Positions 23,976-34,368 of a DNA stretch of 64,000 nucleotides are shown here, in pieces. Where the stretch lies: the NCBI GenBank assembly GCA_963797555.1, contig CAWCPV010000004.1, positions 782,184-846,183 of the forward strand, written 5' to 3'. The notes under the pieces were generated by a model. It was not told where the DNA came from. It ran no database searches and saw only the letters and a list, made by a program, of their open reading frames with translations. Positions within the stretch are counted from its first letter, which is position 1. Each line of letters opens with the position of its first letter. A program made the position numbers and the translations under genes. Origin of the DNA: an uncultured Gammaproteobacteria bacterium (GTDB lineage Bacteria > Pseudomonadota > Gammaproteobacteria > CAWCPV01).

Positions 23976-24065
23976 ATAGGAAGGGATAGCCCTGGGCAGT
24001 GTTGGACTGCCGCAGAGAAGGCAAGGGGTAAGTTTGGAATCAAGTGAAATCAATTTCACTAGGGC
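23976..24065. repeat. 90-bp imperfect dispersed repeat, copy 2
   Basis: ATAGGAAGGGAT..GTGTTGGACTGCCGCAGAGAAGG..AAGTGAAATCAATTTCACTAGGGC. Confidence 0.85.
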
Positions 24066-24090
24066 CGGAGTCTACCAGTCAGTGCGAGCT

Positions 24091-24852
24091 TTACGATCCG
24101 CATTTCGCATAAGTTGACAGTACCCCGCTGCCGGCACTCCATACGCCGTCGGGCTCGCAACTTCCGGTCGGCTGAACCGCTCGCTCCCGCGGCCTGACAA
24201 TCGCGTCACAGCGTTTGATGGCTATCCCCGCCTCCGATCGGCCATCGCACGATAACAGCGGATACAAGCTCAGTTCGACGCGCCGGTTCTTCGCCCGCCC
24301 TCCGGCGTATCGTTCGACGCAACCGGATCGGCATCGCCAAATCCCTTGGCGGCCACGAGGCCCGGTTTCACGCCCTGCGAAATCAGGAACTGCATCACCG
24401 CATCGGCCCGCATCTGCGATAGCATCTGGTTGGAGGTGATGCCGCGGGCCGCCAGTTCCGGACCGATCGGCGTGCTGTCCGTGAAGCCGCTGACGTAAAG
24501 CCTGTTCTGCTGCGTCGGCGCGAGCTTCCGCACCAGCCGCGCAATGGACTGCTTGCCGGCTTCGGACAGTTGCCACCCCCCCGGTGGGAACAACATGTCG
24601 CTGTCCAGGGTGTAAACAACGGCGGCGGCACCAAGGAGCGCGTCGAAGCAGCCGGCGGAGAGTTGCATCGCGTGCTCTTTCATGCACGCCTTGATATGCC
24701 CCTCGCCCGGCGGCACGCTGGAGCAGAAGCGCGATATCGGCGCCGCAGGCGCGCGCAAGCTCGGCTCTGCTCGGGATCGGTGCATCCTGCGCGTGTGCGG
24801 TTTGTGCGGTCAGCGCCAGGGCGGCGGCAATAGCGAAACCTGTGCTCGTCAT
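24091..24852 (-). CDS. Secreted cysteine-rich-repeat + OmpA-like peptidoglycan-binding protein (two frameshifts)
   Basis: Signal peptide; ACGADI/RFCSSVPPGEGHIKACMKEHAMQLSAGC; GFTDSTP, LSQMRADAV, GFGDADPVASN, NRRVEL spread over different frames. Confidence 0.75.
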   Translation of the reverse strand: MTSTGFAIAAALALTAQTAHAQDAPIPSRAELARACGADIALLLQRAAGRGAYQGVHERARDATLRRLLRRAPWCRRRCLHPGQRHVVPTGGVATVRSRQAVHCAAGAEARADAAEQALRQRLHGQHADRSGTGGPRHHLQPDAIADAGRCGDAVPDFAGRETGPRGRQGIWRCRSGCVERYAGGRAKNRRVELSLYPLLSCDGRSEAGIAIKRCDAIVRPRERAVQPTGSCEPDGVWSAGSGVLSTYAKCGS

Positions 24853-25447
24853 TCGGCCTCTCCCGCGGAGGATTAGGAAATCCAACGGCTCTAGGCAGTG
24901 AGGAGTGTAGGGTCGGGGCGCGCAGCCGGTCAAGGCGCGGGAAGTGGTGTCGGTCGAGAAGGCCGGGTCGGGGGCTGCGGTTGGGATGTTTGGCGGCGAG
25001 CAGGGCGAACGCTGCTATGCTCCAAAACCGGCGAGCGCCCGATTCGCTGATGCGGGGCCGCCATGAACCCTCCCCAGAACCCCCGGTAGGGGTCAAGGTC
25101 CAGTTGCATGTTGGGGGAGGTATTAGTCCCCAAGCCAGCGCCATGATGGCTGTGATCCAGTCATGATTACGGCGAGACACCCGAGAGACAGGCCCGCCCC
25201 CTGGAGAGTGGCCCGAGAGATGCCCGGGTTGCTGATCCGGTGTGCGACTGGTAGGTGATAGAATGCTGAGGAGAGGGGGGAGATCCTCAGGGGAGATCTT
25301 CAAAGGGAGATCCTTCGGTACGCCTACCGCTTCTTCTCCGATTGCCTACTCCATGCCTACTGGACTGTTTGGCCGTCGAACGATGTTCCGCAAATGCCTT
25401 GTGCCAGTTGCCGAATGCGACGGGTCCCAGGTGGAGACGTGCTAACC

Positions 25448-26586
25448 TCAAATTCTGGAGGCTGCACCGAGCCTTTCCAGACCCATCGCCACCATATACT
25501 GCCGCGCGCTGAACTCCACCGCGTAGCACTGGGCCGCAGACTGCAGGAACTCGGAGCCCAAGGGGTCGTTCAGCGTATCTAACATTGCCGCGGCCAGCGC
25601 TTCCGCGTCACCCACGGGCACGAGCGGACCGAAACGGCCGTCCTGAAGGATCTCCCGGGGGCCGCTTGGGCAGTCGGTGGCGACCACCGGTACTCCGAGG
25701 GCAAGGGCTTCCACCAGAACGTTCCCCAGACCTTCCCAGGCCGAAGACAGCACGAACAGCCGTGCCCGCGACGTGTATGCGTGAGGATTCGACACGAAAC
25801 CGGGCATCGCAAGAATCCCCTGCGACGCCCAGTTGAGTGGCAAGCGTCTCGAATCTCGGGCCGGAGGTGTCCCTCGCCAAGTATCATGAGCCGGCACGGG
25901 CGCTCTCGCCGGACGCGCGTAAAGGCTCTTAGGAGCGTGAGGAAGTCCTTCTGCGGCTCTAGGCGGCCGGCACCCATGACCACCGGCGTATGACCGTCGT
26001 CGAGCCAGGGGTGAGGTACGGGCGCTCGAGCCAGCGAGAACATCTCCTGGGTCACGATCGGATTCGGTATGACCGCGAAAGCTTCGCCGCGCCAGTCCAT
26101 GAGGCGGGCAAAATCCTGGGCGACCCCTTGCGAGACTGCGATGATGCCCTCGTTGCGCGGGTAGTAGCGACGCATGTACCGGAGTTGTGACCGGCGCTTT
26201 CTCTCACTCAGACTTCCGAGCTGTTGAGTAAGGTTGGTGTCGATGGTGGCATAGACACGAGTGCGTGCCCGGGATAACGCCCGTGCCCTGAGCGCAGCAA
26301 CGTCGACCCGGATGCGCGAGGCAAGGAGCGCGTCCGGCTTGGCGCGCCAGAGGTAGTTTGCGAGGAACGGAACGGCATGGAGCGCATGGGAAGTTCCCAC
26401 CCGTAGCACGCTTATCCGGGGATCGAGCTGTGCATGGTAGGGGCTGTCCGCCCGTGCGGTCAGAAGGTCCACCTGGACACCTTGCCGCGTCAGCTCGTTT
26501 GCCAGATTGGTGCGGACCTTCCCGATACCGCCCTGACCCAGAGAGTCGACGAATACCGCAAGCCTTCGTAAATTTGGAGACGGCAC
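25448..26586 (-). CDS. Glycosyltransferase family 4 (frameshift ~25830)
   Basis: GRLEPQKDF; [34 protein letters not shown]. Confidence 0.9.
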
Positions 26587-26683
26587 TGGAAGAGTCCGCC
26601 TTTGCGTGCGTCAGCATAAGTTCGGGGACCGCGGGATGGCTCGCGAAGCGAAGGGCGCGGCTTCGCTACGGCGGATGGCTGGC

Positions 26684-27667
26684 CTACCCCCGGGCCTGCG
26701 GGTCGAGCAGAAACCTCAGCGGGTGGCGGCGTAAATTGCGCCAGCGCCACCTCGCCACGCGACGCGGCAAGCCTTGCGGATCCGCCCCGCGCTCGTGTGC
26801 CAGCCGGGCCACCTTGCGCTGCGCCATCCAGTCGAACAGCTTCTGGTGGATCACGTAACCCCGTTGCTGGTCGTATTTCAGCAGTCGCTTCGGAGTGAGA
26901 TGTCTGTCACCGTGCGGCTCCGAGAGCCCGAGTTCCAGCAGCAGGGACGGCCGCACATGACCCTGGGCGACCTCATCCCTGACGAACTGCGGGCTGAGCG
27001 AGCCGTGGGCCAGCATGAGCTTCGCCTCATCTATCCAGTAGTGCCCCAGGGGGTGACACGGATAGACCCAGGGCTGTGTCTTGATCCTCGTGTAGTGCAG
27101 CAGGCGGGTCTGTTCGGTGAACTCGTCGAGGGCGTTCCACCCAACCGGTAGTCGGTCCTGAAGCTCCCCCTCCTTCAACAGAGGACAGACCGACATGAGT
27201 TGCTCATAGTCATAATCGACGCCGAGGCGTGCAATGATCTCCTCCGGGTCCCAGCGCAGCGCCGCGCAGTCCAGCACCATCACCGCGGTGAGCCGGCCCT
27301 TGCCGCGCGAGGTGCCGGTCACTCTCTCGACCAAGACCTTGGCTCCATTGAAGGGGGCGTTCCAGATCTCGCGAATGTCGGCGAATACGAGCATGTCCGA
27401 ATCCATGTAGATCGCTCGCCCCTGATAGCCCGTGAGCTTTGGTATCGCGAAGCGCCCATAGGAGAAATTGGTGTAGGGAAGAAACCGCACGTCCGGCGGC
27501 GCCGGAGCCAGCGAGTTGTCCACCGTGCGCATCTCGACAGCGAGCGCGGTATGGCGTTTGATGGAATGCTCCAGCACTTTGAACGGGAGCGCCTCGGTGA
27601 AATGCGCGCCCACAAAGATCCGAACGGCTTCGCCCGACGGCACTTGGTCATGTTCCGTAAGGGTCAT
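26684..27667 (-). CDS. Glycosyltransferase (GT8-like)
   Basis: TNFSYGRFAIP, AIYMDSDMLV (DxD), WNALD, LLHYT..QPW. Confidence 0.8.
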   Translation of the reverse strand: MTLTEHDQVPSGEAVRIFVGAHFTEALPFKVLEHSIKRHTALAVEMRTVDNSLAPAPPDVRFLPYTNFSYGRFAIPKLTGYQGRAIYMDSDMLVFADIREIWNAPFNGAKVLVERVTGTSRGKGRLTAVMVLDCAALRWDPEEIIARLGVDYDYEQLMSVCPLLKEGELQDRLPVGWNALDEFTEQTRLLHYTRIKTQPWVYPCHPLGHYWIDEAKLMLAHGSLSPQFVRDEVAQGHVRPSLLLELGLSEPHGDRHLTPKRLLKYDQQRGYVIHQKLFDWMAQRKVARLAHERGADPQGLPRRVARWRWRNLRRHPLRFLLDPQARG

Positions 27668-28683
27668 GATGTGTCCTCGGGGCGGCTCAGGCTCCGCCCT
27701 GTGGTGGTGGGGAGGCCCGCCACGGGTCTCTGCTGCCCGGCGCCGCCCATGGCGAGTGCCGAATCCAGGGAGAGCCTCGGTATGACGACTGCTGGCAGCC
27801 GGCTGCGGGGCGCCAGGTTGAATATCTCGATCCCAGCGGCATCTGCGACGGTCCGTGCTAGCTCGAACGCCGGCAGGATGTAGGGCTCGAAGTCCCGGTA
27901 TAGGTGGGTCCGCGTCGCCGCCTTCCCCCGCTCGTAGAATCGCGTGTAACTGCCGCCGGCGCCGAGGTCCATGCCCAGGATGTAGATGCGCCGGAAACCT
28001 AGCGCTCGGCAGACCTGAAGCGCGGCAAACACGACCGTCTGCCCGGTGAAGACCCCCTTGTCTAAGCGCTCGCTAAATCCGACTCGCCCCTCCGTGAGCC
28101 GCGCCGTGGGGTGAAGGTGCACCCCGTCCTGTCCCTCCGCCCAGGCGTCGAATGCGGCGGGCGGAAGCTGCGGCACACCGTAGACCGCGTTCATTTCCGC
28201 GAAGAGGAACAGGTTGTCGCGGCCGAGGAGTTCGGGCTCGCGCTCGGCAATTTCGCTGAGCACCCGAAAAGTGAACAGGCAATTGGCATCCGAGAGTATG
28301 GCCTGGCGCACCAAGTCGAAGCGGTTTCTGGCAAATGTTCGATCGGCGACAATGTGATAGGTGAACCGAACACCCGTCTCGAACGACTTGACGATGCTAC
28401 CGTTTACTCCGAAGCACACCCGATCCCGGAGCTTGGGGAAATCCACCTCGGACAATGACGGGCCGCTTGCGACGATGAAAACCTCCTGGGAGTCGGGTCT
28501 GGAGAGCGCGCTCAGCGGGTTCGTTTGACCCACGACTTGTCCCCTCCAGATGATCGAGGACGAACCGGGACGACCACCTCCTTCCTGCAAACGAAAGTCG
28601 GGGTGCAGCGTGCGCATGTGCCCGAAAGGCGGCTTAATGCCGCGTCGATAGAGCCTCTTCCGAAGCTTGCTGATAATCCTCAT
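27664..28683 (-). CDS. Sugar transferase-like protein (MptE/DUF115/WaaZ-like fold)
   Basis: IVASGPSL, GVNGS, LGFRRIYILGMDL motifs; coupled to the neighbouring GT. Confidence 0.7.
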   Translation of the reverse strand: MRIISKLRKRLYRRGIKPPFGHMRTLHPDFRLQEGGGRPGSSSIIWRGQVVGQTNPLSALSRPDSQEVFIVASGPSLSEVDFPKLRDRVCFGVNGSIVKSFETGVRFTYHIVADRTFARNRFDLVRQAILSDANCLFTFRVLSEIAEREPELLGRDNLFLFAEMNAVYGVPQLPPAAFDAWAEGQDGVHLHPTARLTEGRVGFSERLDKGVFTGQTVVFAALQVCRALGFRRIYILGMDLGAGGSYTRFYERGKAATRTHLYRDFEPYILPAFELARTVADAAGIEIFNLAPRSRLPAVVIPRLSLDSALAMGGAGQQRPVAGLPTTTGRSLSRPEDTS

Positions 28684-28886
28684 GCCTTCGCCAGAGCGGC
28701 TCGCGGTGCCAACGCACGATTTGACATTATATCGGGACCGGCGGGCCGGCGCGGCCCCCTGCCGCCCGCGGCGGCTGTGTACTGGCATATACTGTAACCG
28801 TGAGGTTGCCGGAGCCACACAGGCACCGGGAGTGGATCTGCGATCGGGATGGGTCGCGATCGGTTTCGGGGAGGGCGTTGCAAGCC

Positions 28887-29198
28887 ATGGCGAAGCTCGC
28901 GAAGGGCGCTAGATTCATTGGGGTGCGTGTCCAGCCGCACGGGATCACGGTCTCGGATGCCGCCACCGAGGTTTCCTTCTTCAATATGGGGGAGCTGCTC
29001 GAACTCAGCGCGCTGATCGAGGTCGGGCTCGGGCCCTACACGATCAAGGACATCGAGGGCGAAAAATGGAAGGCCGTCCTCAGCGGTCCGCAGATCCTGT
29101 TCATGTCGTCGGCACATGGCGTACTCCGGGTCGGACGGAGGGACTTGTTGGACGCCCTGTATCAGGTCCAAGGGAATTTCCTACTGCCGCCCGCTTGA
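28887..29198 (+). CDS. Hypothetical protein
   Basis: Compact ORF with GGAGGG RBS and host-like codon use. Confidence 0.55.
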   Translation: MAKLAKGARFIGVRVQPHGITVSDAATEVSFFNMGELLELSALIEVGLGPYTIKDIEGEKWKAVLSGPQILFMSSAHGVLRVGRRDLLDALYQVQGNFLLPPA

Positions 29199-29272
29199 GG
29201 CGCGGAACACATCCTGGCCGCAGTCGGTCGCCGTGCGAGTGCTCCGGCGGGTCTCGAGGTCCGGGCGCTTGC

Positions 29273-31318
29273 TTATCCCGCGCGGGTCGCTGCTGGTGTC
29301 GGCGATCGGTGAGGGGAGCGGTTGTGGAGCCAGGCTCGCACGCCGACACGCAGACGGATCCGCTCTTCAGCAGTGAGTCCGCGCGGGTCGAAACGATACC
29401 GGTAATGAAGGGCGACGAGTGACTGGAGCGGATGGGCAGCCTCCAGGGAGTTCGGTGTTCCCGCTACGCGCTGCAGCCAGCACCCGAGGGGCTCCCCCGG
29501 GGGTTGCAGGAACCCTTCCTTCCGTAGCTGCTCGACGACCTGATAGAGCTCCGAATCGCTTCCGGGTCCCGTGGGACCAACCTCGGCTGGGCGCGGCTTC
29601 GCGCCCTGGCGGCGGACCCTTTCCGTGGAACGGAGTCGCCACAAGAGCAGGATGGTGAGGGGGATCAGCAGCCACGCCAGATAGGTACGCACGCCCGTGT
29701 CCCCGCTTGACCAACGCCACTGGGCGAGCGCGTACAACACCCAGGACCCGAAGTCGTAGAGCCCTTCCCAGGCGGGAGCCTCCGCTTCCTCGATCCCCGC
29801 CCAGGCAGCGGGCGTGGTGTCCAGATCCCGCCATCGGCCGTCCACGTAGGCCAGTACCCAGGAGTGTGCGTGCCGGCTGCGCACCACATAGCGGTGCTCG
29901 CGCGGGCTATACTCCTGTATCGAATACCCCACAGCATATCTGGCCGGAATGCCCGCGGCTCTAAGAAGCAGAACCGTAGCAGTCGCGAAGTACTCGCAGT
30001 GCCCGGCTCGGGTGCGCAGGAGGAAATCCTCCAGGGTAGGCGTGCGAGGGCCCTTCTCCAACGAGGCGAGGGAGTATCTGAACTGCTCGCCGAAGAAGGT
30101 CTGCACGGCATGAACAGCCTGTGCCGGGGAAAGGCCAGGGAGGCCCAGCTCTTCGGTCAGGCGGCCCATGACGGCTTGGTGGACTTTCGGAACCTGAAGG
30201 TCTGCCTCCGCGGGAGGCTCGTCGATGGATGAGCCCGGGCGATAGTCGGCGCGATAAGTGACCAGGCCGGGGCCACCTTCCACGGTCACTGCGCCAAGAT
30301 TGTTGCGCTCCAAGCGGTCAGCCGGCAGCCCGCCCACTCGGTACGTTCCGGCCGGAAGCGCTAACAGACCCTCTCCGTCCTCCAAGTAGCGAGAGACCGT
30401 GACACTGCGGCCCACCCCGGAATACTCGCCGAGCTTCCAGGTGGCGCCGTCTTCCGACGAGACGGTGTGGAAGGGGGCGCGCCTGGCGAACCAGGTGCCG
30501 ACGCCCACCGAGTCGGGGTTGCGCCGCCAGACGAAGGTCGTGTAGCTGTTATAGTTGGCCTCCCTGAGCAGATGCGGGGGCGCTCCGCCGGACGCGGTCA
30601 CCCGCAGCACGATACGGTCCGACAGCTTGAGCTTGCCGATATAGCCGATAGCGGTGGTGGCCCGATAAGGGTCCGTGTGATGGTGAAACACCTCCCAGAG
30701 CCACGGCCCCACGGCGTCCTCGAAGGCGAGGTGGGCACGGTGCAGGCCAGCCTGAGCGGGGTATCCCAGTACCCCTGCGAGTGCGATGAGGGCTCCCCAG
30801 CGCGCCGGACGTTGAGGCAACCGCCTCGCGCTCCATAGCGCCCAGGCGAGAATCAGGCAAAGCGCCGGATAGAACCAAGGGAGCGGCCGGGCTACGGCAC
30901 TCGCGGCCAGCACGCACACGACCAGATAGGCATGACCGATGTCCACGCTCCCGATACGTTCCCGATGCTCTCGCACGCGCCGCAGACTGTAGAAGAATGC
31001 CGTCAGACGGATACGTCCTTCGGCGCCGTAAGCCTGGGCTGCCATCAAAGGAAACAGAGCGATGGGCGACCACTGCAGCAGGGTGTAGACGGCGTGGGTG
31101 GCGTCACCGCGGGAGACCGCGTATAGCACCATGGCCAGGAAGATCACAGAGCACAAATCCGCTATCCGGTTCTGGTCGGATTCGGTGAGCTTCCAGCGCC
31201 AGGTGACCCCGCGCGAGCCTTCGAGCACGACCGCCATCGGGAGCGCAAACTGGGACAAACCGGTGGCGGCTCCCCACAACAGCAGAGAGGCGGCTATGAG
31301 AAAGGGGGACGTGCTCAT
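29273..31318 (-). CDS. Membrane transglutaminase-like protein (TgpA/DUF3488-like)
   Basis: N-terminal TM helices; GHCEYFA, HAHSWV, DTTP catalytic triad motifs. Confidence 0.9.
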   Translation of the reverse strand: MSTSPFLIAASLLLWGAATGLSQFALPMAVVLEGSRGVTWRWKLTESDQNRIADLCSVIFLAMVLYAVSRGDATHAVYTLLQWSPIALFPLMAAQAYGAEGRIRLTAFFYSLRRVREHRERIGSVDIGHAYLVVCVLAASAVARPLPWFYPALCLILAWALWSARRLPQRPARWGALIALAGVLGYPAQAGLHRAHLAFEDAVGPWLWEVFHHHTDPYRATTAIGYIGKLKLSDRIVLRVTASGGAPPHLLREANYNSYTTFVWRRNPDSVGVGTWFARRAPFHTVSSEDGATWKLGEYSGVGRSVTVSRYLEDGEGLLALPAGTYRVGGLPADRLERNNLGAVTVEGGPGLVTYRADYRPGSSIDEPPAEADLQVPKVHQAVMGRLTEELGLPGLSPAQAVHAVQTFFGEQFRYSLASLEKGPRTPTLEDFLLRTRAGHCEYFATATVLLLRAAGIPARYAVGYSIQEYSPREHRYVVRSRHAHSWVLAYVDGRWRDLDTTPAAWAGIEEAEAPAWEGLYDFGSWVLYALAQWRWSSGDTGVRTYLAWLLIPLTILLLWRLRSTERVRRQGAKPRPAEVGPTGPGSDSELYQVVEQLRKEGFLQPPGEPLGCWLQRVAGTPNSLEAAHPLQSLVALHYRYRFDPRGLTAEERIRLRVGVRAWLHNRSPHRSPTPAATRAG

Positions 31319-32661
31319 AGTCGGGCCAGCGCCTCCGCCACCCGGCCCGCGGGGAGTCTATGGAGGTGCTGCGGCTCGTCGCCCATAGGGCCGGGCTCCA
31401 AAGGGGTGTCGTCTCGAGTGAGGACCAAGACGCGCAAGTGAACCCCCAAGGACTTCAGGAGCGCCACCAGACTCTGTCTGGAGCTGTCCCAGCCCAACAG
31501 GACGCAGACGCAGGCGCTCAGGGAGGTGGCACGCGCGCGCACCAGTTCCTCCAACTCGTGGAACGCTCGCCCTCGCGTGGCGGTCACGCACGCCAGTACC
31601 TCCAGCAGGTGCTCGGTCGGGGTGGCGCCCCGTCCCGCGGCGACTGGGTAAGCTGTGGGGCCGGCGAACAGTAGCTCCAGCAGCGAATCTTCCTGCCTCG
31701 GGGCGCTGGCCACGGAGGCGGCGACCGACACCGCCTCTTCGAACATCGCCTCGTCGTCACCCTCGCTGAAAGTGTCCAGCACAAGGGCGTAGCGGACCAT
31801 GAACTCTTCCCTGAACTCTTTTACTACGGGTCGGCCCGTCTTCGCCCAGCTCCGCCAGTGGATGTGGCGCCACGCGTCGCCCGGTCGATAGTCGCGCAAG
31901 GCGAAGAACTCCTGGGAGTCACCCACGGAGGAGGCCAGGGCAACGCCGCCGGGCTGGTAGTGACGGCTGCCGGGCAGACGTAGACGGGGCGTCCGGTAGA
32001 TGCGCGGGAGCACCAGCAGGGCCTGGGCATGGGGGACCGTGACCAGGGAACGGACCAGTCCCAGGGGATCGGTGCGTGCGATGGCGATGGCACGGAACCG
32101 CACATAGCCGCGCCGCAGCGGCAAGAGGCGTACCTCCGCAGTGACTTCCTCCGTCGGTCCGAGGGGTGGGAGTGGCTGGTCGGCGACCTCGGCACCACGT
32201 CTTCGGGCGACGAGCCAGAGCCAACGGGGATACCCGACGGTGCGGTCGAACCAGTTGCGCCGCTCCTCTCCGGGCTCGTGAGCACGAAACAGCTCGTCGA
32301 AGGTGGGCAGCGAGTAGTCGAATACCTCGGACAGATAGAGCCCTGAAAGCTTCCCTCGGCCCGCGTTGCGGATCTTCACCCGATAGCTGAACGCTTGTCC
32401 CACGGTCGCGAACTGGGGCAGGCTCCGGCGGGCCTCGACCGGTATACGGGAGAACAGACGCTCCGCTACCGCGATGGCGAGCAGGGTGAGCAGGACCGCG
32501 AAGACCTGATAGGTGTGACTCTGTCGCGTGTCCACTCCGAATACGGCGGAAGCAACGAGCGCCGCCATCAGCAGCTTTCCGCCGGGGCCCAAGCGTCTGC
32601 GGACCCACTCGTCGGCAAGGTACAGATAACGGAAGTTGCGGAAGATGATCCGTCTCAGCAA
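31315..32661 (-). CDS. DUF58 domain protein
   Basis: EFFALRDYRPGDAWRHIHWRSWAK; sits in the MoxR operon. Confidence 0.9.
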   Translation of the reverse strand: MLRRIIFRNFRYLYLADEWVRRRLGPGGKLLMAALVASAVFGVDTRQSHTYQVFAVLLTLLAIAVAERLFSRIPVEARRSLPQFATVGQAFSYRVKIRNAGRGKLSGLYLSEVFDYSLPTFDELFRAHEPGEERRNWFDRTVGYPRWLWLVARRRGAEVADQPLPPLGPTEEVTAEVRLLPLRRGYVRFRAIAIARTDPLGLVRSLVTVPHAQALLVLPRIYRTPRLRLPGSRHYQPGGVALASSVGDSQEFFALRDYRPGDAWRHIHWRSWAKTGRPVVKEFREEFMVRYALVLDTFSEGDDEAMFEEAVSVAASVASAPRQEDSLLELLFAGPTAYPVAAGRGATPTEHLLEVLACVTATRGRAFHELEELVRARATSLSACVCVLLGWDSSRQSLVALLKSLGVHLRVLVLTRDDTPLEPGPMGDEPQHLHRLPAGRVAEALARL

Positions 32662-32670
32662 CGCAGACCC

Positions 32671-33603
32671 TCACGTGGGCACCGCGATCTCCCGCAACAC
32701 CCCTTCCACGAGGGCTTCCGGGCTCATGCCGGAGAAGCGCGCCTGGGGGTCGAGCGCGATGCGGTGGGCCATGGCCGCGACCCCTACCTCCTGCACGTGC
32801 TCCGGGGCGACGAACTCCATGCCGTCGAACAGAGCCAGTGCCTGGGCCGCCTTCATCAGCGTCAGGGCAGCCCTTGGACTGGCCCCCAGACGGACCCCGG
32901 GAACCGTGCGCGTCGCCCGCACCAAGCCGACGATATAGTGCTGCAGCTCGCGACCGATGCGTACCGCTTGACATTGACGACGCAGCGCCAACACCTCCTG
33001 CCGGTCCACACAGGGGGTCACGTTGTCCAAGGGCTCCCCCCTGCTGCGCTCGGCCAGGATGGCTACCTCGTCATCGATGCTCACGTAACCGAGGCTGAGG
33101 CGCAAGGCGAAGCGGTCCAGTTGCGCCTCGGGCAGCGGATACGTGCCGTGGAACTCCACCGGGTTCTGGGTAGCCACCACGAAGAAAGGCTCCCCCAGCG
33201 TATGGCGTGTTCCGTCCGCGGTGATCTGTCCCTCGCCCATGGCCTCGAGTAGGGCCGACTGGGTGCGTGGTGAAGCCCGGTTGATCTCGTCGGCCAACAG
33301 GATGTGTGTGAAGATTGGGCCGAAATGGAAACGAAATGCCTGTGCCTGCTGATCGAAGACAGACACCCCCAGGATGTCGGAAGGAAGCAGGTCCGGCGTA
33401 AACTGGATGCGCCGGAAGTCGGCGTCGATTGAGCGGGCCAGCGCCTTGGCGAGCGTGGTCTTACCGGTCCCAGGAACGTCCTCCAGCAGGACGTGACCGC
33501 CGCTGACGAAGGCCGCCAGCAGCTTCCTGATGGCCGTTGACTGTCCCTTGATGGCTTTCTCCATGTTGGCCGCGATTCTGGCGGCGATCTCGGCGGGGTT
33601 CAT
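32671..33603 (-). CDS. moxR: MoxR-family AAA+ ATPase
   Basis: LLEDVPGTGKT, RIQFTPDLLPSD, DEINRA, YPLPEAQLDRF. Confidence 0.95.
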   Translation of the reverse strand: MNPAEIAARIAANMEKAIKGQSTAIRKLLAAFVSGGHVLLEDVPGTGKTTLAKALARSIDADFRRIQFTPDLLPSDILGVSVFDQQAQAFRFHFGPIFTHILLADEINRASPRTQSALLEAMGEGQITADGTRHTLGEPFFVVATQNPVEFHGTYPLPEAQLDRFALRLSLGYVSIDDEVAILAERSRGEPLDNVTPCVDRQEVLALRRQCQAVRIGRELQHYIVGLVRATRTVPGVRLGASPRAALTLMKAAQALALFDGMEFVAPEHVQEVGVAAMAHRIALDPQARFSGMSPEALVEGVLREIAVPT

Positions 33604-33649
33604 GTCGCCTGCCTGCGCGTCGGGGTCCCTGGGCAAAGGCGTCGCTGCC

Positions 33650-34087
33650 TCACTGCCCGCATAGCTGTATCGTGACCGTGCGTCGCCGCGGGCCGTCCAG
33701 ATCGATGAGCAGCACCGACTGCCAGGTGCCCAGGGGCAGCCGGCCTTCGACTACGGGGATGACTTCGGTACTGCCCAATAACATGGCTGCGAGGTGCGAG
33801 TGGGCATTGGGCGGCTCATCCGGAGGACACTCGCGCAGATGGATGTCGTTGTGGAGGTAGGGCGCATCCTTTGGGACCAGCCTTTCCAGGAAGACCCTCA
33901 GGTCTTGCAGGAGGCGGTCCTCTGCCTCGTTGATAACGAGTGCGGTCGTGGTGTGGCGGGACGAGACGATCACGAACCCAGCCGTTACGGGATTGCGCGC
34001 CAGATGGTCTCGGATGCGAGGAGTCAAATCATGAACATGGATTCCTGTCCCGGTCTGGACGGTGACCACTTCCTGAGTGATGCGCAT
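33650..34087 (-). CDS. yjbQ: YjbQ/UPF0047 family protein
   Basis: HTTTALVINE, NAHSHL, LGTWQSVLLIDLDGPR. Confidence 0.9.
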   Translation of the reverse strand: MRITQEVVTVQTGTGIHVHDLTPRIRDHLARNPVTAGFVIVSSRHTTTALVINEAEDRLLQDLRVFLERLVPKDAPYLHNDIHLRECPPDEPPNAHSHLAAMLLGSTEVIPVVEGRLPLGTWQSVLLIDLDGPRRRTVTIQLCGQ

Positions 34088-34368
34088 GTCATCCCGCCCG
34101 TTGCTTGGCCTGAGCCCCATTCTAGGACGTTTACCGGCGGCGGTCCCGAGTGTGGACGCGTAGCGACCATGGCTGACCGATGCGCCGGCCGCCCCACCCA
34201 GCGGGCGCTCATCGCTGGACCCGCCTGGCTGGGGACGTTAAGTCTTGGCCCGTCCAGCGGGCCGCCCGCCGAGACCGAGCCATCAGCGGGGCACACGAGC
34301 CTATGCGGGCATTCCTGGGCGTGTGGGGCAGCGAGGAGTGGAGCTGGACGACGGGGTCTGCATCTGAC

